From: Atractiella rhizophila
Lineage: Eukaryota
NCBI GenBank assembly: GCA_021432655.1
Contig: MU271233.1
Span: forward strand, 24,131 to 62,249
Direction of reading: 5' to 3'
DNA length: 38,119 bases
Shown here: piece by piece, positions 1 through 12,264 of the stretch
How the letters are laid out: every line of letters begins with the position of its first letter
Numbering within the stretch: the stretch's first letter is position 1
The notes under the pieces: generated by a model
Seen by the model: the letters and a program-made list of their open reading frames with translations, nothing else
Databases searched by the model: none
Told to the model about the DNA's origin: nothing
Position numbers and translations under genes: made by a program

Positions 1-1146
1 ACAAGTAAAGCGTGCCATCTTATACCTGCCGTCACGAAGAACAAGTCCAGCGGCCAAAAAATCGGAGTGTACGATTCCACCGGAGTAGCCAGAGGAGCGG
101 AAGGAGAACCGGGAAGAGTTCACAACTCGTTGCTGGTTCAGAGACTTTCATAAAGCGAGAATAGCAGCAAGCGCACACCCTAGAGACGAGTAGAATGACT
201 CTTGTGTTATCCATCCCCGTCCATGCCAGCGTCCATGCCAGGCGCAGGCGCGCCAACTGCTTCAAAGTTTGGACATGAGGATGACTCATCTTAAGGGGGC
301 ATGAACTGTAAAGCAGACAGAGACAGAAACACAGAAGGAAGGAGTGCAGTTTATGGTGCTTAGATAGCAAGGAACGAGAACAGGGATAGCGGATGATAAA
401 AGGCTTGTGAGCTGGAGTGTATACCCAATTGAGCATTGGTTGTAACATGCAAGGGAGGCGTGTTGAACATGCACTGTTAATAGCTCAAAGTGGGCTCTGA
501 GTATCACACCTTGCTCTTTTCCTTCCTTCGAAAAGAATTTATGGTCGCGGAAGACAACTAGAATTACCTCGTACATTATAACCGTCCACTTCCTCGTCCA
601 TATGGCAAGGCAAGAGCTGCATTTTGTACCCACGTTTCTAACCTGAGTTCTGCTCAACGGAACTGGGAACATTCTCCTGGCTCGCCTCATCGCCGGAGGT
701 TACATATTCCCTCCACGCCATTAAAATAGACAAGCTGATATCCGTCAGGGATGCTGTCTCGAAATGATGCAGCAGAACAGACAAGGGGAAAGCAGTTACC
801 AAAGATCCATGCACCGCATTGCAGGTGAAACATTAATGTTCAAGCCCAACATGCAGTACATTATGTGACAATCAGGCCTGTAGGTTGAGAAGATGTACCT
901 ACTGTTGCGGATAAACAGTATTTACTAGTCGAATTCGGCGCGATTTTCTGCGCTGATCACTTTCATGGTGGTCTCCGCCATCACTACTTCGCATACCCGA
1001 TTTCCCCTCCTCCACGATCCAGTCGGCCGAACGGTCCGTCCATCGCTGGATTTGATAAGGGACAGAGGGCATAAAAACATGGCCATCCGTCAAAACTTTG
1101 CTTTGCTTTCAAGCTGCTCTGTATAGTACATCGAGGCTTGGGAAGG

Positions 1147-3050
1147 ATGAGTTCCGAACGATCTGAACCGCGAACCTCTACTTCGAGTTTTGGAAGTTCA
1201 TCCTTTGATGTGAAAAAAGAGGAATTCCAGCCAGACCAATACCGGTATGTTCCTGCCTATCCACATCGTTATCCCGACAACTGAACTTATCGACAGGAAC
1301 GAGGGCGGTGCCAACTTTCAATATGTGGAATATCATTACACCCCGGACACTCCTGAAGAGCGTCGTCTTCGACTCAAGTTGGATCTTCACCTCCTTCCCA
1401 TTCTCTGGATCATGTACGTGATCAACTACCTCGACCGCTCCAATATCGGGAACGCACGAGTCGGAGGGATGGAGGATGCCTTGCACCTGTCATCGAACGA
1501 TTATTCTCTCGCTTTGCTGATTTTCTTTGTCGGGTACTTGCTCATGGGTTTGCCTCCATTATCTTTCTGCGTGACAAAGTCACTGACAATATACGACCGT
1601 GATTGAAAGAGGTTCCTTCAAACATGTTGCTCGCCAAACTTCGACCATCGCTCTTCCTCCCCGGAATCATGTTCGTTTGGGGATGTGTAGTCATTGCTTT
1701 CAAAGGCGTGAACAACTTGGCTGGATTGGTCGCCATCCGCTTTTTCCTCGGCATTGCAGAGTCTGGTACGGCCCCGTCAACCGTATTGGTCTGCGCTGAC
1801 AATTATGCCAGGATTTTTCCCTGGAGTTTGGTTTTTTCTTGGGTCATGGTACAAGCGTGAAGAGCTGTCGAAACGTTTCGCAATCTTTTACTCCGCGAGC
1901 ATCATCAGTGGAGCTTTTGGTGGGCTTCTTGCAGGGGTAATAACGGATTATATGGACGGGGTGCGTTCCTTCTTCCTTGTTTACCCAACCTATTAAGTAG
2001 ACTGTAGGTGTCTGGAGTCCCTGGCTGGAAGTGGCTTTTTGTTTTAGAAGGCTGCGCGACCGTCTTTTTTGCCATATGTGCGACTTTCATACTACCCGAC
2101 TGGCCCGAGACCACACGTTGGCTTAGTGAAGAAGAAAAACTGTTAGCTGTAGAGAGAATGAAGGTGGCGTTCCAGGAAGACGCAGGCACCAAGATGGGAC
2201 ATCGGGAGAGCTTCATGCTCGCTGTTAAGGATTGGAGAACGTGGGCTTTCGTGTCAGTCTCACGCTCCCTTCTGCTCGAGGACGGTTTTTCTTAGATCCG
2301 AGTAGGGTCTGCTATTCGTGCATTTGTGGAGCTGGGCAGATCTCGTATTTTATTCCTACTATCGCTCGGGACCTAGGTTACGAAGGTCGACAGGCGCAAT
2401 TCATGTCTGTAAGTCCACTTTCCACCATCTGCATTGTTCACTTTATTAACTCTCTAATACAGGCTCCTCCATATGCTGTCACTTTTGTCTGCTGTCTCGT
2501 CAACAATTTCTGGGCAGACCGTACAGGCTCCCGCTCCTACCATATCGCGATTCCCCTCACCATCGCTGGAGCTTCCTACATCGTTATGGCCGCCGCCACG
2601 GGTAGTAAGTCCTCCGCTTGAACACCGAGAAATAAGGCTGATATTTGATTAGATACACTTAGATACGTCTTCCTATGCTTTGGAGCAGCAGGGATCTGGT
2701 CCGCTGTTCCCGCTCTGCTGGCATATTCATCGGAATGCATCCCTCGACCAGCAGGGAAAAGAGCTATCAGCGTGGCTCTCATCAATTCTCTGGGTGATTC
2801 TCTAATTTCCTGCGGCTTCAAACTGAAGAAATTTGCTCTGCAGGAAGCTTTGCGAGCGTGTATGGATCGTACCTGTGGCCCAACGAAGACTCGCCCCGTT
2901 TCGTGATGGGCTTTGCAACAACCTGCGCCTTCTGCTTGACTGGCGCTGTGGTGGCGATGTTGATTCGTTACTTTCATGGTAGTATGAGGGTGACTTTCGC
3001 TCCAAGCTCAGATAAGTATGTCTGACTGTAATGTAGAAGGATACCGTTGA
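1147..3050 (+). CDS. MFS transporter, anion:cation symporter (Dal5/Tna1 allantoate/nicotinate permease-like) family, multi-exon
   Basis: Spliced reading MSSERSEP...KLDLHLLP...NYLDRSNIGNA...EVPSNMLL...RFFLGIAESGFFPG...WYKREELSKRFAIFY...GWKWLFVLEG...LPDWPETTRWLSEEEK...YGSYLWPNEDSPRF, all hallmark ACS-family motifs. ATG at 1147. The 3' end is uncertain: TGA 3048-3050 if the last intron ending tgtag at 3036 is spliced, TGA 3023-3025 if not. Confidence 0.92.
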
Positions 3051-3370
3051 AGAAACCCAAAAAGATCTGGCTGTCATTTCCGCATAATAAAAGGGGTACG
3101 ACGCAAAGGTGGAAGCAAATGTCCAAGCACAGCAGCGAATACATGGAAAGAATAGAATAGTTGCCGACATTAAGTGGGGTGACTCATCGTCGCTTCCAGC
3201 ATCCTTCCCAACACAGGTGACCAATCTACTTATCGGGCGGCCAAGTTGGTGAGATTTGTTCAAGTCATTTGTTCCAGTTCAAAACTGGTTCAATCCAGAG
3301 TCACAAATCATCAGCATTTGTTCAGCCATAACCAATTTTCCATTTCAGCTGCATCGATCATATTGCTTGA

Positions 3371-4032
3371 CTAGCCGCCTCCTCCACCACCGCATCCGCC
3401 GCCAAATCCTCCACCTCCAAATCCTCCACCAATTCCGCCTCCAAATCCACTACCAAATCCACCACCACCCAATCCACTACCAAATCCGCCTCCAAATCCG
3501 CCTCCAAATCCACCACCACATCCACTACCACCAAATCCGCCACCAATGCCACTATATCTACCACCACCTCCACGACTCCCACGCCTAGCATCTTCGCCAG
3601 CACCTCCACCACCGTCCAAATAGCCGCCACCACTCCCACCACCTCCACCTCCACCGTCTCCTATTCCTCCAAATGCTCCAGCCCCCCCAATTCTGGTCCC
3701 TCCACCAGTGCCAAAAGCAGACGTCGCACCTACACCTCCACTTGCTCCTCCATCCCACCCTACCGCTGGTTCCAGCTTAGTCTTCGTGTCTCGTTTTGGC
3801 TGATCGTTCTTCGGTTCGGCTGGAGGCACTGATTGAACCGCAGTCGACGTTGAAGTGAGGAGAGAATCGTCTCTATCCTCCTTCTTTGGTCCATCATCCT
3901 TCTCTATCCCGGTGGATCGCACCCCTATAACACGGAATTCAGGCTCGTCCCCTTCGGTTTATGGATACTACACGTACGGGAGGAATTACGACGTTTCTTA
4001 ATCTTCCGTTTGATACCGCATATGAACCCCAT
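3371..4032 (-). CDS. Small glycine-rich protein A (about 202 aa; basic MG- N-terminus, GGGF-repeat tail), copy 1
   Basis: Exon 1 4032-3978 (MGFICGIKRKIKKRRNSS), GT-AG intron 3977-3925, exon 2 3924-3371 in frame with ORF 3371..3922. A TATA-like sequence lies near 4167-4174 on the minus strand. Confidence 0.75.
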
Positions 4033-4499
4033 GATCCACAGTTTAGATTCGTTTCCTTCAAGTTTGAGCAGGTTCGGCTGCTTTGCTCTCTGGAGGGACA
4101 GAGGGCTGTTTGCAATTGAAGTCTGGGAGGAGGTGATGCATGAGGAGACAGAGCCAGCAGTCGGCTCTTATATTAAGGTGGGTCCCTGGGACTTTCAGTG
4201 TCAATGTCTTTCATTGATCATGATATTGATGCTGTAAATTGAAGACTGTGGGCCAATGCTGGAAAACGGCGCAGCTAGTGCTCGTCACCCTCATGATGGG
4301 CGATCCGAAGAGGACATTGTGTTCTCGAGTCTGTGGAGCTGCATGGAGTTCTATAACCCAGGTGTAATCGCTTGCACCCTCAACTTCCGAGTCAAAGTCA
4401 GTACTTCAGTAAGGTCAAAAGTCCATGGTTCTTTGAGATATGAAGATTTCGTACATTTCCTTCAGTCACTGTCAATTGTCCATCTTACTAGTGGCACCT

Positions 4500-5112
4500 T
4501 CAACCACCATTTCCTCCCCCACCACCGCCTCCGCCATTTCCACCTCCATTACCGCCTCCATTACCGCCTCCATTTCCACCACCATTTCCACCACCATTTC
4601 CACCACCATTTCCACCACCATTTCCGCCTCCATGCCCGCCTCCATTTCCTCCCCCACTCCCACCACCACCATGTCCACCACCACCTCCATTACCGCTTCC
4701 ACCACCATCCCCATTACCGCCAATACCAGCTCCTAGACCACCGTCCCCAAAACCTCCAATTGCTCCCGTTGCTGCGATTCCCGCGATTCCGCCTGTCCCA
4801 AAAGCCGACGTTGTGCCTCCACCGGTATCTCCTCCTCCTGATCCAGCTCCTGATGCGACTGGGGAAGCAGGAGTAGGCTTTGTGTCTCCTTTTGGCTGGT
4901 CAGCTTTCGGCTGGGCTGGCTGAACTGCAGTGGATGTGGAGGAGGGGACTGGATCGCCTTCCTTCTTTGACGTATCCTTCTTTGTTCCTTTGGATGATTC
5001 TTCTATGATGCATAGTCAAGCTGGTTAACTTTGGTTGAAAGTAATTCAAAGACATGCCAGAGGGATTACGACGGTTTTTGATCTTCTGTTTGATGTCGCC
5101 TATGAGACCCAT
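4500..5112 (-). CDS. Small glycine-rich protein B (about 185 aa; paralog of A, GGGN-repeat tail), copy 1
   Basis: Exon 1 5112-5058 (MGLIGDIKQKIKNRRNPS), GC-AG intron 5057-5003 at the same position and phase as in paralog A, exon 2 5002-4500 (EESSKGTKKD...STSTAVQPAQPKADQPKGDTK...TSAFGTGG...GGGNGG*). Confidence 0.72.
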
Positions 5113-6033
5113 GTTGAATCTATGGAGTCTCGGTTTCTCTCTTCGAGTTCTGTGTCCAGTTTACTCTGCCTGCTAGAGGCTGTAGCAAACGATTCAAGTT
5201 CCCTGAAACTCGGTTTGGGGGAAGCGGAGTGGGGTAAAAGATGAGAAGGAGCGGACCCTCAACTCTTAGCTAGGTGGGGCTCTGGGGACGACGTGATCAA
5301 TAATCGTTTGTGGTCCCTATCACTGAATTGATAAGAATGGCTTAGCGGCTAGCGGAACTGTCACATTTACGTCGTCCTGCTGCAGAGAATTTTCAATGTT
5401 CTGTCAGTCTGGAGGAAGAGGTGAAGCGAATTGCTTCAAAACTGTCACTCAAGAATTTTCATTCTGCCCTGCCCGATACAGCTTTATGACAGAGATAATA
5501 TGCGAAGGAGGGTTGACTATACCTCGGAAGCTAACTTTCTGAGCTATATGTAAGCGAATGGGCTTGGGTTTTCGTGCAGCTTTCCTGCCTGCTGCCATCG
5601 TCATGAGCTCCACCAGCTGCCACCATGTAATGTGGGACGGATTTCAAGCTCTGATGTTCTCTTGAATGTTCTTATATCATTACATAACATGCTGTACCTG
5701 CTCCCTGTGCCTCGTAACCTCAATGGCGTGAAGGGTTGTAGAGTCAAAGCTGAACCCCGCCAACGACCGTCTTGACCGTTGTCGTTCACTGTACCTATTT
5801 GCGGTTTCAATGGTATGAGGCAGCTTGTAAGCAAGAGTCATGTCGTGGTGTATGTCCACTTGTTCAAGAAAAATATTTGAGGCAGTTCTTGATCAACCGA
5901 GGGCATTCGAAACGGGAGGGCGGGAAATGACTCTTACGGCATCAAGGACTTCTGTGAATGGTATAAATTCGCTGAACAAGTCTCTCTCGCCAAAAGCGAG
6001 AAGAAGTAAAGACACAAGGTTACTTCTATCAGT

Positions 6034-6477
6034 ATGGGCGTTGTTTCGTCAAGTATCGTCTCCATCATTTCTGGCGTCGGAGGTATGTCGTTTCTTTCTT
6101 TCTATGCTCGAGCTTTCCACTAATGCCTTGAGCACAGCCGTCATACGCTCCACCCTTCAACTTGCGTCTGACCTAACAGTCGGCGTTTTCAACATCGCAA
6201 TTGCGTTCCTCGAATTCTCAAAAAAATTGCTTAAGGGGATATTCAACGGGCTGATAGGTGAGTTGCATCCTCCTTCTATCCTATGAGGAACATGACTGAT
6301 CACGTTGGGCCACGACAGTGTTGTTTGGAGTGATGGGCTTTGCAACAACCTGCGCCTTCTGCTTGACTGGCGCTGTGGTGGCGATGTTGATTCGTTACTT
6401 TCATGGTAGTATGAGGGTGACTTTCGCTCCAAGCTCAGATAAGTATGTCTGACTGTAATGTAGAAGGATACCGTTGA
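6034..6477 (+). other. Junction chimera: 5' part of the small MGVVSS protein fused in frame to the last TM helix of the MFS transporter (possibly an assembly artefact)
   Basis: Exon 3 starts at 6319 and reads (V)LFG|VMGFATTCAFCLTGAVVAMLIRYFH across the junction at 6329. Confidence 0.4.
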
Positions 6478-6798
6478 AGAAACCCAAAAAGATCTGGCTG
6501 TCATTTCCGCATAATAAAAGGGGTACGACGCAAAGGTGGAAGCAAATGTCCAAGCACAGCAGCGAATACATGGAAAGAATAGAATAGTTGTCGACATTAA
6601 GTTGGGGTGACTCATCGTCGCTTCCAGCATCCTTCCCAACACAGGTGACCAATCTACTTATCGGGCGGCCAAGTTGGTGAGATTTGTTCAAGTCATTTGT
6701 TCCAGTTCAAAACTGGTTCAATCCAGAGTCACAAATCATCAGCATTTGTTCAGCCATAACCAATTTTCCATTTCAGCTGCATCGATCATATTGCTTGA

Positions 6799-7460
6799 CT
6801 AGCCGCCTCCTCCACCACCGCATCCGCCGCCAAATCCTCCACCTCCAAATCCTCCACCAATTCCGCCTCCAAATCCACTACCAAATCCACCACCACCCAA
6901 TCCACTACCAAATCCGCCTCCAAATCCGCCTCCAAATCCACCACCACATCCACTACCACCAAATCCGCCACCAATGCCACTATATCTACCACCACCTCCA
7001 CGACTCCCACGCCTAGCATCTTCGCCAGCACCTCCACCACCGTCCAAATAGCCGCCACCACTCCCACCACCTCCACCTCCACCGTCTCCTATTCCTCCAA
7101 ATGCTCCAGCCCCCCCAATTCTGGTCCCTCCACCAGTGCCAAAAGCAGACGTCGCACCTACACCTCCACTTGCTCCTCCATCCCACCCTACCGCTGGTTC
7201 CAGCTTAGTCTTCGTGTCTCGTTTTGGCTGATCGTTCTTCGGTTCGGCTGGAGGCACTGATTGAACCGCAGTCGACGTTGAAGTGAGGAGAGAATCGTCT
7301 CTATCCTCCTTCTTTGGTCCATCATCCTTCTCTATCCCGGTGGATCGCACCCCTATAACACGGAATTCAGGCTCGTCCCCTTCGGTTTATGGATACTACA
7401 CGTACGGGAGGAATTACGACGTTTCTTAATCTTCCGTTTGATACCGCATATGAACCCCAT
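6799..7460 (-). CDS. Small glycine-rich protein A, copy 2
   Basis: Same translation as 3371-4032 (offset 3428). Confidence 0.7.
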
Positions 7461-7927
7461 GATCCACAGTTTAGATTCGTTTCCTTCAAGTTTGAGCAGG
7501 TTCGGCTGCTTTGCTCTCTGGAGGGACAGAGGGCTGTTTGCAATTGAAGTCTGGGAGGAGGTGATGCATGAGGAGACAGAGCCAGCAGTCGGCTCTTATA
7601 TTAAGGTGGGTCCCTGGGACTTTCAGTGTCAATGTCTTTCATTGATCATGATATTGATGCTGTAAATTGAAGACTGTGGGCCAATGCTGGAAAACGGCGC
7701 AGCTAGTGCTCGTCACCCTCATGATGGGCGATCCGAAGAGGACATTGTGTTCTCGAGTCTGTGGAGCTGCATGGAGTTCTATAACCCAGGTGTAATCGCT
7801 TGCACCCTCAACTTCCGAGTCAAAGTCAGTACTTCAGTAAGGTCAAAAGTCCATGGTTCTTTGAGATATGAAGATTTCGTACATTTCCTTCAGTCACTGT
7901 CAATTGTCCATCTTACTAGTGGCACCT

Positions 7928-8540
7928 TCAACCACCATTTCCTCCCCCACCACCGCCTCCGCCATTTCCACCTCCATTACCGCCTCCATTACCGCCTCCA
8001 TTTCCACCACCATTTCCACCACCATTTCCACCACCATTTCCACCACCATTTCCGCCTCCATGCCCGCCTCCATTTCCTCCCCCACTCCCACCACCACCAT
8101 GTCCACCACCACCTCCATTACCGCTTCCACCACCATCCCCATTACCGCCAATACCAGCTCCTAGACCACCGTCCCCAAAACCTCCAATTGCTCCCGTTGC
8201 TGCGATTCCCGCGATTCCGCCTGTCCCAAAAGCCGACGTTGTGCCTCCACCGGTATCTCCTCCTCCTGATCCAGCTCCTGATGCGACTGGGGAAGCAGGA
8301 GTAGGCTTTGTGTCTCCTTTTGGCTGGTCAGCTTTCGGCTGGGCTGGCTGAACTGCAGTGGATGTGGAGGAGGGGACTGGATCGCCTTCCTTCTTTGACG
8401 TATCCTTCTTTGTTCCTTTGGATGATTCTTCTATGATGCATAGTCAAGCTGGTTAACTTTGGTTGAAAGTAATTCAAAGACATGCCAGAGGGATTACGAC
8501 GGTTTTTGATCTTCTGTTTGATGTCGCCTATGAGACCCAT
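7928..8540 (-). CDS. Small glycine-rich protein B, copy 2
   Basis: Copy of 4500-5112 (offset 3428), including the GC donor. Confidence 0.68.
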
Positions 8541-9461
8541 GTTGAATCTATGGAGTCTCGGTTTCTCTCTTCGAGTTCTGTGTCCAGTTTACTCTGCCTG
8601 CTAGAGGCTGTAGCAAACGATTCAAGTTCCCTGAAACTCGGTTTGGGGGAAGCGGAGTGGGGTAAAAGATGAGAAGGAGCGGACCCTCAACTCTTAGCTA
8701 GGTGGGGCTCTGGGGACGACGTGATCAATAATCGTTTGTGGTCCCTATCACTGAATTGATAAGAATGGCTTAGCGGCTAGTGGAACTGTCACATTTACGT
8801 CGTCCTGCTGCAGAGAATTTTCAATGTTCTGTCAGTCTGGAGGAAGAGGTGAAGCGAATTGCTTCAAAACTGTCACTCAAGAATTTTCATTCTGCCCTGC
8901 CCGATACAGTTTTATGACAGAGATAATATGCGAAGGAGGGTTGACTATACCTCGGAAGCTAACTTTCTGAGCTATATGTAAGCGAATGGGCTTGGGTTTT
9001 CGTGCAGCTTTCCTGCCTGCTGCCATCGTCATGAGCTCCACCAGCTGCCACCATGTAATGTGGGACGGATTTCAAGCTCTGATGTTCTCTTGAATGTTCT
9101 TATATCATTACATAACATGCTGTACCTGCTCCCTGTGCCTCGTAACCTCAATGGCGTGAAGGGTTGTAGAGTCAAAGCTGAACCCCGCCAACGACCGTCT
9201 TGACCGTTGTCGTTCGCTGTACCTATTTGCGGTTTCAATGGTATGAGGCAGCTTGTAAGCAAGAGTCATGGCGCGGTGTGTGTCCTCTTGTTTAAGAAAA
9301 ATATTGGAGGCAGTTCTTGATCAACCGAGGGCATTCGAAACGGGAGGGCGGGAAATGACTCTTACGGCATCAAGGACTTCTGTAAATGGTATAAATTCGC
9401 TGAACAAGTCTCTCTCGCCAAAAGCGAGAAGAAGTAAAGACACAAGGTTACTTCTATCAGT

Positions 9462-9982
9462 ATGGGCGTTGTTTCGTCAAGTATCGTCTCCATCATTTCT
9501 GGCGTCGGAGGTATGTCGTTTCTTTCTTTCTATGCTCGAGCTTTCCACTAATGCCTTGAGCACAGCCGTCATACGCTCCACCCTTCAACTTGCGTCTGAC
9601 CTAACAGTCGGCGTTTTCAACATTGCAATTGCGTTCCTCGAATTCTCAAAAAAATTGCTTAAGGGGATATTCAACGGGCTGATAGGTGAGTTGCATCCTC
9701 CTTCTATCCTATGAGGAACATAACTAATCACGTTGGGCCACGACAGTGTTGTTTGGCGGGAAGTGGGAGGGGACGAAGAAGACCGATCTGGAGCAAAATA
9801 CACAAGCTCCCTCTCAACCTCAACCTCGACCTCAACCTCAGATCGAGCCACCAGCAACACCAACAGTAGTATCACCAGCAATGTCTTCCCACTCTCCAAC
9901 AGCTCGTCCACTGGCGGTCCCACCTCCTCGCACCTCACAAGAGGCAGCGAAGCCACCACCAGCATATTCTCCTCCTAGGTAG
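9462..9982 (+). CDS. Small hypothetical protein (134 aa): MGxxxS N-terminus, hydrophobic/amphipathic helix, Pro-rich tail ending in PPAY
   Basis: Exons 9462-9510, 9566-9685 and 9747-9982 with canonical gtatgt/gtgagt...cag introns give MGVVSSSIVSIISGVGAVIRSTLQLASDLTVGVFNIAIAFLEFSKKLLKGIFNGLIVLFGGKWEG...KPPPAYSPPR*. TATAAA at about 9390. Confidence 0.75.
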
Positions 9983-10588
9983 TAAGTGGGTGGCGGACGT
10001 TATACATGCATTGGCATGATATCTAGTCACTAGTAGGTCAGGCCGATCATGGAAGTGTTTTGGCTTCATGGCGTGATGAAATGGACAGGACTTATGCGAG
10101 CGTTGTCATTCTTTTCAGTCGGCATTGCCAGTGACAAAAGGACAATTGAAACTTCCTACGGACCTTAAACATTGATTGTGGTTACTTAAACAATATTTCT
10201 GGAATGTACTCTATCAAAAAAAAAAAACAAATATGATGCACTTTGCTCTGCCGTTCAATCACTTCTGCATTGCATCAACACCATTCCACGTTTCGTCTCA
10301 GGTTTCATCTGTTTTGTCTTCGAACGGAACTTCGAACTTAGCGTTCCCTGACGCCCAACTGCCATAGCTCTCTGAAAACCAGAAACCTGGCGGACCGTGC
10401 CTACTGGCCAAGCAGCCACACGTGACCGATCAATTGAAGCCTTCCCTTCATAAAAAAACGACGGCATACCTTTCCTCGATATATATTACCTTCGGGTTGG
10501 AGGGAATCTTTCGAAAATCCAATCACTAGCATCAGGCGGCAGCATTACCAAACATCAACGCAAGCGATCAATCTAAGCGCTACCAAGC

Positions 10589-12094
10589 ATGCCAGGCTTT
10601 AAGTTCACCAACGAAACCGTTGCCGTTGTTGGCTGCCCATTCTCGTTCGTAGTTTCCTTGCTTCTTTCATCAATGGAATTGCTGATCTTGTCTGAAGAGG
10701 GGGACAGGTCCGTTGCAGTTGTCGTTTTATCCTGTCGTGGAGCATGTCTTACTTCGAAATAACAGCCAAAAGGCGGCGTCGATGAGGGTCCTATGCAATT
10801 AGTCTCTTCCGGCCTGTTAGACGACATCAAAGTGTGTTTCATATCCCACCATGCATCGAAGGCCATCGCTAACGACGGCGCTCAGAATTTGGGCTGGACG
10901 GTCTCATTCTCCGGGCACCAATCCTTCCCACATATCCTCCCACAGAACAGGGAGGCTGATCCGCCGATCGGGAAGCTGAAGAATCCAAGGACAGTCAGTA
11001 AAGTGTGCGAGGAAGTGGCTGCTACCGTTGGGGAGCATGCTAAGAAGGGAGAGCTCGTGCTGACTCTTGGTGGAGACCATTCACTGGTTCGTGTGTGCCT
11101 GCTCTGAAAGAGAAGCTGATCCTGATTGGTGGGATGCCGCATGGAAATTGGCGATTGGTGGGACACTTTAGGCTATGGGTACCAATGAAGGCGTGAGATC
11201 GGCACATCCCGATGCCTGCCTGATATGGATAGATGCACATGCTGTTTGTGTCTCGTTTTCAACCACTCTTCCCTTCTAATCATCGCATAGGACATAAACA
11301 CTCCCAACAGCACCGACTCTGGAAATCTGCATGGATGTCCTGTCTCTTTCCTCCTCCGGTTGGAGGGGACTGATATCCCAGAATTCAGCTGGATCACCGG
11401 CGAAGGGAATGAGAAGAAGAGATTGCGTTCGGATAGGATTGCGTACATTGGATTGAGGGATGTGGATGTGGGCGAGAAGAAGATCATCAAGGATTTAGGA
11501 ATAACTGCTTTCTCGTGCGTTCCCTTCTACTTCTCGACACGAATGGCTCAAACGTGGATGAATGCATTGCATTGTAGGATGTACCACGTCGATAAATACG
11601 GCATTGCCCAAGTCCTTGAGCGCGCACTAGACGCAGTTAACCCTGCCCGAGATCGACCTATCCACCTCACCTTCGATGTGGACGCCATGGACCCATCAGT
11701 TGCTCCTGTGCGTCCTTCTCGCTCATTTTCTGTCTGTCCTTCCTAACTTCGGGCAATTGCACGTTAGAGCACGGGCACTCCGGTAAGAGGCGGCTTGAGC
11801 TTCAGGGAGGGACACTATATCTGCGAAGCCCTCGCCGAGACGGGTCTCTTGGTCGCTGTGGATATCATGGTTTGTTGTTTCAAATGCAACGTTTGAAAGA
11901 TGAGCTGATTGCTATGACATGGAATAGGAGGTCAACCCGTCCCTCGAAGATGCGAAAGCTGTCCAGCAGACAGTTAGCGTAGGAAGAAGTTTGGTGAGAT
12001 GTGCTTTGGGTACGTCTCACTTTTATCTTTCCCTTCCTGACAATGTGACGCTGAATTTATTCTTTTACCCTGGTTAGGTGAAACCCTTCTGTAA
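10589..12094 (+). CDS. CAR1: Arginase (Mn2+-dependent ureohydrolase), multi-exon
   Basis: Motifs [86 protein letters not shown] and C-terminal GETLL*. Includes a 10-nt microexon at 10698-10707. Confidence 0.97.
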
Positions 12095-12264
12095 TTTCAG
12101 TGTTCAGTGGAAAAATGAAGGAGAAACGCTATCGTTATTTGCATTCAACTGCATCGTGTAACACAGTTTCTGTTCACCCCAAACTATAATAGTTACAGTA
12201 AATGAAGATGACACTGAGAATGACAAACCTCTGATCCCGACTACTACAAACTCATCCTCCTCTT

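Larger units (their letters stand above)
2903..9756. repeat. Tandem duplication 1: unit 2903-6328, single 'a' at 6329, unit 6330-9756 (about 3.43 kb, near-identical)
   Basis: ORF pairs offset by 3428 (3256/6684, 4256/7684, 5840/9268). Junction reads gtttgg|a|gtgatggg, versus gtttgg-cggg at 9756 and ttc-gtgatggg at 2903. Confidence 0.97.

Noticed and set aside
32..690. Minus-strand ORFs at the window start
   Set aside because: No recognisable motifs, and no supported gene model could be built.
4504..4700. ccaccaccattt 12-mer array that could be taken for a CRISPR or satellite
   Set aside because: No spacers; it is the coding GGGN repeat in a eukaryotic gene.
3256..4876. His-rich, Thr/Ser-rich and Val/Glu-rich ORFs (3256..3588, 4256..4876, 4440..4736, 4472..4723 and their copies)
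   Set aside because: Shadow frames of the GGN-codon repeats of the minus-strand Gly-rich genes, which have proper starts and introns.
2903..9756. Duplications as transposons/LTRs, or as RIP-mutated repeats
   Set aside because: No TIR, LTR, TSD or transposase/RT motifs. Differences are few, include transversions and run in both directions, unlike directional RIP.
9585..9965. Minus-strand 126-aa ORF
   Set aside because: Antisense to the spliced plus-strand gene 9462-9982.
1147..12094. MFS permease plus arginase as a nitrogen-catabolism gene cluster
   Set aside because: Only two genes, separated by unrelated small genes, and the transporter substrate is unknown.
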